Source: Parasitella parasitica NRRL 2501
Lineage: Eukaryota; Fungi; Mucoromycota
DNA length: 64,000 bases
Reading direction: 5' to 3'
NCBI GenBank assembly: GCA_025201805.1
Contig: MU619257.1
Span: 261,083-325,082 of the forward strand
Shown: positions 38,163 through 52,300 of the stretch, piece by piece
How the letters are laid out: each line of letters opens with the position of its first letter
Numbering within the stretch: position 1 is the first letter of the stretch
Position numbers and translations under genes: made by a program
Notes under the pieces: model-generated
The model's input: only the letters and a program-made list of their open reading frames with translations
What the model was told of the DNA's origin: nothing
Database searches by the model: none

Positions 38163-39999
38163 TGGAAAACAACTATACAGTGCACATATATATCATTACC
38201 ATTACTGTCTCCAGTAGATGCTGTTGCTTTTCAAGAGAATAAATAAAACACTTGTATGCTTTGATTTCTTTCCAAAAGTATTTAGCGCCTAGGAAGGGGA
38301 GCGGAGGTAGTTACATGTTACGCAGCCGATACCTAGTACGCATCTACTTGCTCAACACGTGGCAGCTTTCATTTATATATGATTTAAAGATAAGTTATCA
38401 GACTTGTAGCTCCTTCCTTGCCGTGTCCTTGGAATAAAGACAGGCGAGATCATCAACTGACAAAAACTACTCAGAGAGCAATGATTGCCACACTTCACTC
38501 AAAAGAAGGTCTACTAAAAATCATCGACTAACTTTGGGATTGTATCTAGTTTAGAAAACGTAGAATTGAAACATACTGCATACAGATCCTGTAGAGTACG
38601 GTCACTAAAGAAAAAGTAATATTGCTTACTTCTGCTCTCCTTTTATACTTTTTCACAACCAAAAAAATTTTCAACAGTGACATTGTTATTTGCACGGGTC
38701 TCAGATCGAAAAAATTTAAACATGTCGGATCAAACCAATCTTGATTGGATTGTCAACAGCTGAGGATTATATTCATTCTAATGTGTAATAAAGCAAATAT
38801 ATAAAAACACAATTAGGATAGAGTAGATTTAGACTTTTGTCTTGTCTTGAGCAGCATGAGCAGAAACAGGAGGACTATGAAGAATATCCGAAATTGAAGA
38901 AACATGAACAGGATGAATAATTTATTTAACCATCTTTAATTGTGATGACACCACCACCACCAAAGCTGTTATCTCTGCCACAAACCCAACCAATGCCTGG
39001 CAAAAATTGTAACTAGATGTCCTCATGTTACATCGTATAGAGCCAACATGTTCCCAATTACATCAACCATCTTGCCGGCCCATAATAAGATTAAGAAGTC
39101 TACTACTACACACATCCCCCCCCCCCCTGAGGTTGAAGTTTTATGGATTTGAATCCACAAAGCTGCGACTATCTTCTCTCAGTTGCCGCGTACAAATTAG
39201 TAATCACGCTAACTACTTTTTTTTTTTACTATAGATATATCTGCTCTCTAGACATGGCTCTGTTGCTTCTCATGGATGTATCTGCTGATATTGATATGCC
39301 TTAAAAAATGTTTACATAATTACAGATCTGGCCAAGACCAGAAGCAGTGTCGAGGTCATAATGACAGAGGCAAATGTAAAAACCTCCATTGCTTCAAATA
39401 TAGGAGGGGTGCTAATGTAAGTGATGGAGTTTTGGGACGAGTAAAAAATGCTGCCTAAAGAATTGATAGAGAACCAAACATAGCAATGGCTCCTCCTAAT
39501 CTACTGATATAATTAAAATGTTTACATAATTCCATGTCTTTAATAATATCGCTGTGTATCCATGTTTTCATTGATACCTATCAAGTTATATAATCACTGA
39601 TAGACTTCGATAAAGCCCAAAATGAACCTTGTCTTATGCGCCATGCAAACAGGCATGATCATCGCTTTATTGAGAGAGGTTACTATTTCAGATATAGTCC
39701 CAATAACGCACCTCAGTCTGTAGCAATGGTGTACACTACCGACGATCTTAAAAAAGGTGTCCCTTTTTACCAATACTGAATTATTTTGCTGTATTAATTA
39801 CATAATTCTCGTTTGGCAGAGGGTCACTTTTTGAGATGTTTTTAAAAGAAACAAGAGTAGATAATATAAAATTAATATTTTAAAATGTGGAATCGGTATA
39901 GAATGTTATATAGATTCGCCGCCATGAGAATTTCTGAAACGATTATATCTGTAGACTAATCCTTAGTTTTCACGGCCAAATGGTGAGCCAAGTAACCAT

Positions 40000-40900
40000 G
40001 AGCAAATGTCATGGATTCTTGAGCTAAAGCACTTTTACCAGATGCAATAATCAAGAAATTTTGGATATCTCTCTCAGATTGTGGAATAGAGATTTGGCAA
40101 CAGTGTTGAATTTCATGCTGAAAAATTTTTGCGAGTCAGCATCGATCCTTGACTGGGGCATTATAGCCTGCCACTGTTAAGCGTTAAATTTAAAGCAAAG
40201 CACCATACCACTGATGCCCTGGATTGGTGATTTATTTATTCTCGATTTTGCACATGATTTATAAATGAAAACTGCCCAATTCCACGATAGCTTCTTACAT
40301 TTAACATACATCTATTGGCGAAAAGGGTTGTTGTTCTTTTTGCAGTAGCGATGGTTGTTGTTGCTGTTACTGTTGCTGCTGTTGTTGTTGCTGCGTGGTT
40401 GTTGTGGCTGTCTTGGTTGCTGTTGTAACCACTCAGCTGCGATAGTAGACATTGCCGAAAGTACGACTCATCGAGGCCATATGAGAAAGAAGGGTTGACA
40501 GTCCCAAGGGCAATGTTGTTACGAACATGAGTTACAGTAGAGCAGACATGTAATAATATGTTGTGCACATCTCCGAGCATCGAACAATAACACTCGAGAT
40601 TGTGATTACCCGATTCAGAAGAGACAAGTTCATGGGACGGAATATCTAAAGGTCGAAAAGCTGCTTTCTCTTGTTCGTTATAAGCTCAGCTGTAGGGATA
40701 GTAGTGGGTGCCTTATAGCCTTGCATTCAGAGTCAGAGAGCGAGGGAGAGGTGTGAAGAGGGGCATCAAGGTCCAGAAGTTCAATAAGAGCTTCAGAAGG
40801 GTCTAGTGCCTATTGAATTCAAGGGTAAGGTAGCAGTGTCATTCGCTGATTGTAGTGGTGTTGGAGTAGCGCCGTCTACTTGAGCTTGTTGTGCAGAAAG
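40000..40900 (-). mobile_element. Decayed retroelement ORF1/gag-like fragment, same family as 25735-26290
   Basis: AAFRPLDIPSHELVS...MLGDVHNILLHVCSTVTHVRNNIALGTVNPSFS, then Q/N/T-rich linker; frameshifted; ends approximate. Confidence 0.5.
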
Positions 40901-41135
40901 TTGTTGCTGCATCAATTGAATTGCTCTTAGAAAGTGGACATCGAATGTAAAAGGAAAAAATTAAGCTGGCAATGACCGAGCGAAAAAGAAGATTAATGTT
41001 TAGATAGTGTCCTTTTATATAGTATAAAATGAAATCTTGGTATAATAAAATCAAATAGTTTCCATATTTACCGACCATATTTGTTCATATTTGGCAATTG
41101 TAAAAAAAAAATGAAGTTATTTGATTAAGGTATTA

Positions 41136-41933
41136 TTATTCACTGGGAGCAGTGCTATCAAGCGGTACTTGGTGAGCTACAGGGTAAGTTTTAGGCAATG
41201 CAGAACCATTTTCTACTGAAGATGTGGTAGGCAGTTCATGAGAGAGACCACTGGTAAGACGTCGATATCTAACAAAGGACATAAATTCGGGCTCTCCATT
41301 GCGATTTGTAAAGTGAAATGTTATGTAGATGATACCGACAAGAACCAGCTGTGCACATTATTAGCCTACATCTAACATATCAAGTCCATTTTAACTTACA
41401 ATAAAACTCCCAATAATAGAGAGAATGTCGATACCCATTGAGACAAAGCCAAGGCTATTTAGTTTTTTTTTTAAAAAAAAAAGTGAATAAATTGACAGCT
41501 ATCGCCATGTCTGAATCTTACGTCAAATAGACTAATAAACATAAAGATATTTATCAGTTTCACAGTATTTGATATATAAAATGGCATGATGTACTTACAC
41601 ACCCCACGGCCGAGGAAAAAGAACATGAAAGAGAATGGTTTCACCAACGATGGTGATTGTCTAAATTCGATCAAAATCAAACATACCACCAAGAATCTGA
41701 TAATTTGTTAGCTACATGTTGTCTTTATACACTTAATAGTACAAACATTTTTAGAATGGCAGCTAGAATAAAATTCCAGACTGATAATGTCACATTAAAA
41801 TCAGCAATTGCGGTGGTAATGCGTCCATGGTTTACTTACAGTACCAAGTAATCAAGTTACCAATCAAACTAAGTAATAATCCAACGATCGCTAATACATT
41901 TATGGCTTTAAAAAATACTATGTTTGCGCTCAT
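41136..41933 (-). CDS. COPI-associated / TVP15-like Golgi membrane protein, 6 exons including a 10-nt micro-exon (41522-41531)
   Basis: Spliced product MSANIVFFKAINVLAIVGLLLSLIGNLITWY-FWNFILAAILKI-FLVVCLILIEFRQSPSLVKPFSFMFFFLGRGV-FYLT-LGFVSMGIDILSIIGSFI-LVLVGIIYITFHF...PSE*. EF..P...FSFM..FLGRG.FY is the COPI_assoc pattern. Confidence 0.8.
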
Positions 41934-43073
41934 TTTTTTTAAAGAAAAACAAAATAGAAGAAAGAAATGGGCTGGTAATTTTTTTGAAAAACTTGATTGA
42001 AATATATTTTTCGAAATTTGAGTTACTTGTATCACAAACATAGTGATAAAACTGCAGTATAGTAATCTGGTATAGCTATGATAGCGTGGGGCTTAGCACC
42101 CATTATATATCTGTCTGTCTCTTAGAATCATACTCTAATATGCATACAGGTACAGATGACTGATAATATTATTAACTGATAATATTATTAGAGCCATTGA
42201 ATTGGAAAAGATGGGCTCAAATGCGCTCCCGTCTCAGACTAACTTTATTACACTCGTCTCAAGCTGGATAGGAATAGATTGTACTTAGTACTTTAATGGC
42301 GTAGATCATGATATTCTCTGCCTATAACAATACTATTGTCATACCAATTTATGTAAATGAGATTGCTCATAAGTTTTGTATGCTGATACGAAATATAAAT
42401 TAATGTGTTCAGTCCTTACTAGACATAAATTACAAGGCTCTGTTCTATTGACGAGTTGATTGCACATTCTACAAGACTATACACAATCTACAAACTTTAA
42501 TGCTTACGAAAAATGACGACGAAAATTAATGAATAGTGTAATGCACATACGTTACTGCACGATTAAGACTCAGTGGATGACCTGAGGCATGTGGCGATTC
42601 CGATCTATTAAAAAATTCATGTAAATGAATAGAAATAATGGCTCAATTATCTTTTGTTTTCTGTTTTACATGTGTCAAGAACTTGATAATAAGGATTTCA
42701 CGTCCAATAACTACGGGTTTTACTCCCCTGTTTGGCCATCTTTGAATTTTAGAAACCGGTCATTGCCTTTTAATGACTAAATATCTTACTTCGAGGAATT
42801 TTTTACGTGCATTGTATGTAATGTATTTAATATTCTTATCGTACTACTGAAATCTTTATCAAGTTATATCATGTTTGGTTGCTTCTGCTGCGGAAGATGT
42901 ACATGTTATTCTCAACAGCATTCAATATTTATCATGCAGCATCTTGCATCTAGAATGAATTGAAGACATTGTAATTTATTTGACTAAGATTTATAGATAA
43001 AGTTGTTTACAATACACCGAAAAGGAAAAAAGAGACAAAATGATGTTACATTTAACAGCATGGTAAACCGACA

Positions 43074-45399
43074 TCACATATAAGCAATGGCGGCGTTGTT
43101 GGCGTTATTATTAGTTGCTGTCGTAGTGGTTGTATTAGATGCTGAAGTAGATGCTGAATTAGAATTCAAATGCAACGCATTCATTCCGTTGATGATATTA
43201 GAAGAATTCATGGTACTGGAGTTATTTATCATGCTTCTTTGATGATGAATATAGTGAAGATGCCGACTTGTGGATGATGAGGATGCTGTTGAGCGAGGAC
43301 CATTGCTGATGTCGCGATGAATCTTACTGTAAATTCGTTTACCATAAGGTGTGTTACGAATGGAAGGCAGTAACGGACGAATGCACTCAACAAATTTGAT
43401 ACGTTGGTCTTCATCGGCACAATCCAAACATGTCTGTATCACATAGTTTGCATAAGAATCACGTAAGAATCTTTCCATGTTGGGATGTTCGATAATACCA
43501 GCAATCAAATGCCGTCTGGTCTCTTTACCCGCAACGCGAATGCACTGCAACATGAACAATTTGTAAATAAGTATGCCTGGTTTTGCGTGCAGTTTCCATA
43601 CCTTTTCAATCACATTTGAACTGAACTTTTGCACCGACAACTCTCGTATAGGTTCGATGAATCTACGAATTAGATTATCATAATAGGTGGCGTCTTCCAG
43701 ACCCAACACGTATTGGACAACATAGTTTCCAAAGGGATCTTGAACCAATGGTAGAGCATGTTGAGTGATTACATTAACTAATTGAATCTATAAAAAATAG
43801 TTGATTTCATTCGAGTAAATATTTGCACGCTGTATGGGTTTTTTTTTTTTTTAATTTAACCTTTTGCGATTCTACTGCATGATCAATACATCTTTGATAG
43901 ACGCAGCAGCCATGTTTATGCGAAGCAACTTGAATACAGTGCTCACTGACGGTATCATAAATAAATTGATTATGTTCAGAACTGAGCTTATGTAGGCATT
44001 TTTGAATGACATGATTCCCGTTCAGATCCTTGATTAATGCTACTACGTTGGGCCTGAGTGCTGCAATCACTGCTTGTATCTGCGCTAAACCTATTAGTAA
44101 GAGACAAAGAAGAAATACCATGACATACCTGTCTCTTGGTTGACAAAAATTCAATCAACTTTTGCACTGCTCGTGTCCCATGCATACTCAAACAAATCTT
44201 AAGAAATTCGGGTGCAATCACATCAACAATGCTTGTCCTTTGAGTATCATCACAACGTTCCAATAGTTTTTGACATAAATAGTTGCCAAACGGGTCTGTC
44301 ATCAAATCAACAAAATGGGCGTGGATCTCCTCGTATATAATAGTGACATTCATAGGTGACTCTTCCAATTTAGTCTGCAAGAATCGACAGCCATTTTGGT
44401 CCTTGCACAAGTCAAATAGTTTACCTTGAAATTCTTCCAGCGATGCACCAGTGTATTTGTTCAATTCAGGATCTGCATTTGTACTGCCAGATGTCCGTCT
44501 TTGTTGCTGATGCTGAATATCGTTGACTTGAGATGGTGATTTGATGTTGAATAAAGGAGGGTTCGTAGCGTTGTTATAAAATGAATCAACGTTTACTGTA
44601 GATTCCGACGAAGAATATCGAAGCGGAGGATGTTGATTGATAAAGAAATTGGCTGCATTAGAGTTTGGAGAAGCAGTGATAGTGGTGGTGTTATTAGTAG
44701 AATACGCCATCATAGAAGCCGCAGCAGCAGCAGAGACATGGTCACCTATTAAAAGACTATTTTGTTGTTGTAGAAATACACTTGGAATATGTGAGTAAGA
44801 ACATTGTTCCTTGAGATTGCAATAGCCGTACTGAGCAAAATGCTGGCATATATCCTTGGGAATAATAACATTTGTATCAGTACCAGTGTACTGGTTGGGT
44901 CTATATGGCCCCAGTGCATCCATATGAAGGTCAGAGTAAGAATAGGAGGTTGCCAATCTACTAGCTTTCATATTATTGACAGAAAAATGGTCGTATTTTT
45001 TATCCTGCATTTGATTAACATTAGATGGCGCCCAACCATGAGAAAATCTTCGTGCAGATTGGCCGTAAAATGCAGCTTGCACATCTTGGGTATTCACATC
45101 TAACGGACCTCCTCTTTCTTGCCGTTGTTGTTGCTGTTGATTATAGTAATACTGTGCATTACTGCTGCTGCTAGCGTGGTTATTATTCTCTAAAAACTGA
45201 GCCCAGCTTTTGCTTCTTAGGGATTCCACGCTTCTGGTGGCATTTTTACGCAAAGTAGAATCCAGGTCTAACTCAGAAACGGAAGAGTTGAACTGTTATG
45301 AAATGTTAAAAGTAGAATTATACTTTATGTGTTACAACATACCAAGCCATAATTTGTAGTGCTATTAAAACCGCTGCTGCTGCTATTATTATTATTATT

Positions 45400-45464
<65 letters not shown>

Positions 45465-45894
45465 AGCGTTGTTGTAAATAAACATTAGGTTGAAAAGAAG
45501 TTGCTGCATCTTTAGATTTTATTTTGAATTGGTTAATGGTCCAAATTAAAAGAAGCATATACAACTTACTAGAATCGTTTTCGTTTGAAAACAGAATGGA
45601 CGAATAATCTTGATGTATGGAGCCCACATCAATACTGAATGACCTAGGCGGCGGTTTCATCACAAAATCAATAGGCGCATCGTTTGAGTTGTGAGGAGTG
45701 AATAAACTTTTATAATATTAGATAATATGATGAAATTCTTGACTATAGACATTTTACCTTTTGTCATCATTTGAATTACGTCTTGAACCAGGAACTGAGC
45801 GTGATGAAAATTGATTTTCCTCATTGTAAAAATCAAATGGATCCAAGCCAGGTACCGTTGAACTTTGTTGCTGTTTCTCAATGGTCATGATCAT
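43074..45894 (-). CDS. Pumilio (PUF) RNA-binding protein with an upstream CCCH zinc finger, multi-exon
   Basis: PUF repeats LCKDQNGCRFLQ, MTDPFGNYLCQ, HGTRAVQ, DLNGNHVIQ, HKHGCCVYQ, DPFGNYVVQ, QKFSSNVIEK, DSYANYVIQ, TPYGKRI; CCCH CQHFAQYGYCNLKEQCSYSH. Start ATG 45894 (or 45888) inferred. Confidence 0.9.
45385..45463 (-). repeat. (AAC)n(AAT)n microsatellite encoding poly-Asn in the PUF gene
   Basis: Directly visible (GTT)n(ATT)n on the plus strand. Confidence 0.9.
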
Positions 45895-45971
45895 CTAGAT
45901 GAAAATAAAGAGTGTTATAAAGTTAGGCTTTTTTTGCTTGTATTTATATACTTGCAATTATTCATGAAAAC

Positions 45972-46021
<50 letters not shown>

Positions 46022-46564
46022 AAAAAAGTGATCTACAGGGAATTTATAAAAAAGCTCCTGAAAAACACTCAAATTTATATATCAAAAAAAGAATAGGAGG
46101 GGATAAAATACAATTAGCTTTAGGAGAGTATATAAAGAGGAAGAAAGAAGATTTCAGACGAGTAAACAAAAGAGAGATATATGCACGATTTAACACACTA
46201 AAGGATGCTGATAAAGACATGCTTTTGTACGTCACTTATAAATTGTCTTATTTTTTTTATTTTTTTTTTTGAAAATGCATAGATTATGAAAAACGCCCAT
46301 TTTAATTAAAGAGAATGTTTGCTTCCAACTATAGGAGACAGACTCTTGTTAAGAGAATTACGCCCTAAAAAGGCATATTAAAATAACCGAATTGGTTCAT
46401 GATCAAGTGAGACGTTTTTGGGCCATCTTCTCGTCATTTGTACCTGTGATACAGGTATGATCTTCAAACAAGTAAATGATTCAAGTCACAGGCGTTGCAT
46501 AATTTATGGGAAGGTTTCTTTTTCTAAAAAAAAAGGTACTTGGCTTTGCTTCTCTTTCTCACAG

Positions 46565-48829
46565 ATGAAAAAAAATAACATGAAACAATTTGCAAACGAA
46601 GCCTTATCCACACTTAAAAACAGCTTTTTTCAGGGTAGAGGAGGCTATTATGCACAAATGGACCAAGAATCGGAGAATGAAGAGGAAGGGAATGACAACG
46701 CTATGTCTCACAGTCTATTCTATTCATTTCATCAAAATCAACACAATATCAACGAAGATAGTATACCTTTGACTGAATCAAATGCTTATTCAGACAGAAG
46801 TCAGTTATTATTTGAACAGGATGATGAAATGGAGCATGATGGCTCAGATTTGGAAGAAAGTTCAGTAAGTTCATAATGTCTCTATCACCGTCTAGATTGT
46901 TTACTGTAGGAAAACTGAAAACTAGAAACCTTCAGCTATTTATCTCGATCAGCCAAGCTCTTCCGCTCTTGATTTTGCGAATCCTAGGTCATTATCAGAA
47001 TCTCTATTACCAACATCTGTATCAGTGAGTTTGTTTCGCATTATTCATATATTCGTACTGACTTTATCAATAGATTCCACCAGGAATTACTACAACTGCG
47101 GATAGAAAATATCGAGATCCAATCTTTGCTGTGTTATACGCTGTATGTTTTACATCATTCTTACTATCAGGCTTCACTCTACTGCTTACAACGAATGTAG
47201 GTTTATCCAAATGTGTACTGCTAAGGCTATCTATTGATATTTTTTTTGCAAATAGAGCCATGCAATTGAAGATTATGTTAAAGGGTCAACATTCAAGACT
47301 ATTAAAGATAGCGCAGGTATTGCGGGGAAAAACACAATGGGCTCCTATTTGTAAATAAAATGTTCCTTTTAGGCATCTTGTCTATTATAACGGCAACTAC
47401 GTTGATAATTGGGACTATTTGGCTGTATATCTTGCGTTCATTTACAAAGGTAAGCATCAGGTAATGGCACGATGGCTTTACAATAACCCGCCTCGATAGA
47501 TATTTGTATGGGGGACGGTGATTTGCGTTCCACTCACTTTAACTATGGTATTTATATGGACGCTGGTAGAATCATTGCAGAGTAGTTTTGTGTATGAAGG
47601 GGAAAAGCAATATTCGGCAAAGGATACAGGATTGACAATCATGTCATTTGTGCCTCTGGTTCTGAATCTGTTATATATCAAGGTGGTGTTTGACCAAAAG
47701 CATAGAATTAAGCAGACTGTGTCTGTTATCGAAGTGAGTTATTCGTTTTATTTTTTTTATTCTTTTTTTTGGGGGGGGGGGGAATCAATAATGGAATACT
47801 TATCCGTTGTTTGATAAGCTTGCATGTGATGTTGTGAGATTCAATCCTGGTATCGTCCTTGTATCTTTTGTTTTATTGGCTGTTTTCATTGCATTCTCAA
47901 TTGTGTGGATTATTTTTTTCAATCGATTATGGTTAATTGGTCATTTAGGGGACAAACCAGCCATGGTGGGAACTGTTTGGGTTGTCAACAATTATGTATA
48001 CACATTGGCAGCATTTTACGTAATTTTCTACATGTGGACAGCTAAACTGTTGGTATATATGGAGAGATTTGCATTATCGGCTATCACTGCTCAATGGTAT
48101 TTCCATCGAAATAATCGTTCATCAACGACAGCAACAAATAGATTACTTTGGAAAAGTGTGCTTGTGAAAGCTTCTACAACGTCGTTTGGAACTCTTGCAT
48201 TTGGAAGTCTGATTTTGGCCATTATCCAGTTTTTACAATTATTCGCTAGAACCATTAGAAAATATTCCAAAACAGCTCGACCGTTTGCTGCATTATTTTC
48301 ACTTATTCTAAGATACGTTGATGCTCTTGTCAGTACATTTAGTAATTATACAATCAGCTTGGCTGGTATTACAGGAGAAAGTTTTTGTTCTGCTGCTACT
48401 TCTGCAACAAAAATCTTTAGGCGTAATTTATTGACTGGGTTATTTGGAGGTAATTTGAGCTTTTCGTAAACTTGTACATTAACGATTCATTGTTAAAATA
48501 GACCTACTGACACAGTTAATACTTTACATTGGTGCAAGCGTCATTGCGTTATCATCTGGTTTTGGTGCCTACATTTATGCTACCCATAGTCTTCATTCTC
48601 CTCATGGCTTTGTCGTTGGACTCATTGGCACGTTAATGCCTTGGTACTTATCTCAATTTTTCTCTTATATAATGATGAGCATGTAAGTCTAGCAATGAAG
48701 CTTTTTATGTGTTTGCATTGACATTTATTAAATAGAATCGACGCAAGTTTTCTTTGCTATGCAATCGATTTAGATACGGGCATGGTTCATTTAAGTGCTG
48801 CTCATACTGCATTCTCTGGTTTTGAGTAG
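46565..48829 (+). CDS. Choline transporter-like (CTL/SLC44/PNS1 family) membrane protein, multi-exon
   Basis: RKYRDPIFAVLY, ITAQWYFHR, TTSFGTLAFGSLILAIIQ, SNYTISLAGITGESFCSAA, IDASFLCYAIDLD. Start codon uncertain. Confidence 0.85.
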
Positions 48830-49668
48830 GCCTTCAACATTTCTTATTTATGATTATATTACTCAAATCAGTCCTATATCTCTTGTCACTATATATTTCA
48901 TATCCATAAACTTTAAATTTTTTTCGTGTATGTGTTCCCCAATTAAGTTAGAAATCGATACTAAGTACAGATATTGTTACACTGTAACCTATTTTTTCTT
49001 TTATAATGAGAAAATTATCAACCTGTCAACTGTCAACTCAGATCAAGCGGAACACTCTATCACCGATAAATTTGACAAATCTATTCACAGAAGTACAACT
49101 TCTTCAAGTCAAATTATCATCCATTATCATTCATGCTTGCTTTCCATTACTTTCCCTCTTGAATGTTTAGAAAACATTAGATGGAAGCGTCTGATGAAAT
49201 TTTAGTTAATATGTATAGAATAATAGCTTAAAGCTTACTAATATCAAGTTCTATAAATTTATACAACACTTACCATTTAGATCCCTTGATTCACATTTAA
49301 ATATTGCCTCTAAATCACTGTAAACTCGCAATCCTTTAACTCCACCTCTCATTTTATTTTTTTATTTTTACCTCTTTGACAACTATAAACCTAGTGCTCA
49401 CTTTTATTAGTTTGACAAGTAATATGCTACAAATATCTTTTCTTTTTTTAAATTGATTTTGTTGATTGTTTCGTGTAAATAGGTCCCTAGGGAACTATCG
49501 ACAGGTGAATGCAATTGAAAAGCTAAAAGTCTATTGAAGCTAGTGAAAGATTTAGATATAGTTTATATCAAAGATCTATGTAGTTAAAAGTAAAATGAAT
49601 GGAAAGAGTACTACAACCAAAGAAAACAACAAATGTCTCATGATAACCACGATTAAGTCAAAAAAAGT

Positions 49669-49741
49669 TGAGGCTACCAGGGGTCGAACCTGGAATCTCC
49701 TGATTCGTAGTCAGACGCCTTATCCATTGGGCCATAGCCCC
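49669..49741 (-). tRNA. tRNA-Arg (anticodon ACG), intronless
   Basis: GGGGCTA/TAGCCTC acceptor stem, D loop CAATGGATAA, anticodon arm TCTGA-CTACGAA-TCAGG, T arm CCAGG-TTCGACC-CCTGG; oligo-T Pol III terminator just downstream. Confidence 0.96.
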
Positions 49742-50099
49742 ACAACTTGTTTTTGGGGGATGTAATTTTTTTATCTTTTAAATTAAAAAGGTAATTCTCA
49801 AAAAGGCAATTTGTCACGTGATGTTTTCAAGAGTATTAATCATGTAGTTATGGATTTAAAATGGTGTTGTCGAAGTATGTCTTGTTGGCTGAAGTTGCAG
49901 AAGGCACCGCCCATCAAAAATATCTGGGTTTCAGTGAGCTCAGGGGTGAAAGTGTGTGCCGATCTGAATTTCTTTTTTTTTTTTTTTGGATAATTGCTGT
50001 GGAATCGGTATAAGTTATATGGATTCACGGAAAAAAATTATAGGTTTTATTATCAAATCGACAGGTGTATGAAGCTCCAGTTCATCTACTGACCAGGTA

Positions 50100-52300
50100 G
50101 ATGAACTTTTACATACTTAAGCTATGGATAAATGTTCTATTCTCGCAATTTAACATGTACGACAATACTGCGTAACTAGCATCTTAACTTTGTGCTAACC
50201 AACATATCAGCAGACTCAAGATAACTTAAATCTATTTGAGTGAGGAGATAGACTTTAACCGAGGTACTTTGATCAATCTTTATACGAAGATTATTAATAT
50301 CGATCCATAAGCGTATATCATTTCTTGTATAGTCTTATCCATTCTACATTAATAGTACATGTCTGAGTGTATATCACTTGGCATTCATCTTAGCATATAT
50401 CGGTATATTTAGCATGTCTATAGCATGTCATAATCATATCTATAGCATTGCACATATTGTACAAGTCTGTAGTACATAATGTATCTGTAGCTAGTATCAT
50501 GGATATAAGTATATGTCTTCTAGTGCGTATCTAGAAACTGGGAATACGCATCTGAAGCATAAATCTTATATAGCATAAGCCCGTAGCATATACTAAATCT
50601 AGTAAATGTCTAAGGCTCGTGTCGAAATATAAGTATCAGTCTATAGCGTCATCCATCCTAATGGTGCCATCTCTAGCTTATATCTTATATAGTATAAATC
50701 TGTATTGCACATCTTATTATCTGTGCGCCTATGTAGTCTATATCAATTTAAGGTAACTGAATGAATCTAGAAGTGGAATGCAGATCATCATAGTGAATGT
50801 ATTTCGCAATTGCTGCCGATTGTTGTACCGTATCCATATAAAAGCTACATATGTCATATCTAACTTAGCCATAATGCACGGATCATGATATTAATTGTTG
50901 GTAATTCTTTTACAAATAAAGAATAAGCTACAAGTTGTAATTGGACCTCTTGCAAGGTCCCAGGCTTATTCAAAGAATACATCTAGATCGGATCGCTGGA
51001 TGTCGGGAAGACATCCTACCCAATCTTCTCTTTAATGTAAAATAGAAAGATAGGTCTGTCCTGGAAATACTGTGATTTAATAAGGTTTAACACTTCTTGT
51101 CAAGCATCAGATGTTATGGGGATAAAAATTGATTGGGACATATTTTAGTATAAATAGAGATCATATCTTATGTCAATAAAAGTCTTTAGTTTTGTATATG
51201 GTTTTATTCAGAAAAGCCTTTATTACTTTATACAAATCATATTTACATAACATTACGCTGCGCCCTTTGACACTGGCACAACAGGACTGATGGGAGGACA
51301 GGATGTAAGTGTGAGACATGGTATGATTTAGAGATTGGAACGATAGGTTATATTAATAACATGGCAAGGTCTGAGATCAGGATCTCAGATCAGTCCCAGG
51401 GTCTTACAGTAAATCATGAATAGTCATGATTTACATTATGCACTTAGAGAGTAGAACCCTAGTGTAATGAATGTGTATATAATACATCGAGAGATGTATT
51501 ATGAATAAAAGTGTAATTCTTTGGCAGATTTACTTTATCAGACTTTTGACATAACACGATAGATTGTATCTATTGTCCATGAACAGGCCATTTTGAGTTA
51601 TAAATAAGGAACATGATCCCTTGGGATATGTTCCTGAATTGTGTTCAGGATTGAGTTTACTTGAGTTTGACTTTCGGTTGGGAAATTGCCACATCAGAAT
51701 TGTCAGATCAGAAACGTGTAGCCCTTGTTGTATAACCTTACATCGTACTCGTTAAGTAGATTGTTAATGGGAATTAGTCTTGTCAATTAGTAATCTAGAT
51801 GAGTCACTATAAATTTATGTAGTTGTAAAAAGTATAATTATAGCAAACGAAATTTCGATCTTAAATAAAGTATCATAAATATTCCGTATCTCGTTAATCT
51901 CTGGTTTATAAACGGTCTTCAATAGATCATGTAAGCAAGGTGCCATATTTAGCAAAAGGTAAATAAAATAGCCAGGAAGGCAAATTTGGCCGATAACTTT
52001 GTTGATACAAGCTATATCTGAATTTTGACTTGGCTCCCTTAATTTCCCTTGAATAAGACATATATGTCTCTACGGAATCGATATCAGATATTATATCTAA
52101 TGCCGAAAGAAGTCCCTCTTCCTTGGCATCTCATTAAAGAGATGTTTTAAAGTATTGTAGGTTTTTGTCATAGCGTAGTCTATCTCATTCAGAAGTCGAG
52201 AAAGTGAGGTAGAGGTTGCAAGTTGTATATATAGTATAAACTAGATCGATTAATAGTTTCTTTTACTTATTATATCAAAACAGAGCATTAGAAATCTTAT
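50100..52300 (-). mobile_element. Highly decayed Ty3/gypsy LTR-retrotransposon pol remnant
   Basis: Broken minus-strand frames: LNEYDVKVI.NKG at 51721-51757 (RNase H end, cf. LQEYDFEIxYRKG); NKTIYKTKDFY*HKI and YV..DA*QEV near 51090-51210 (integrase zinc-binding region). RH-then-IN order fits gypsy. Limits approximate. Confidence 0.5.
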
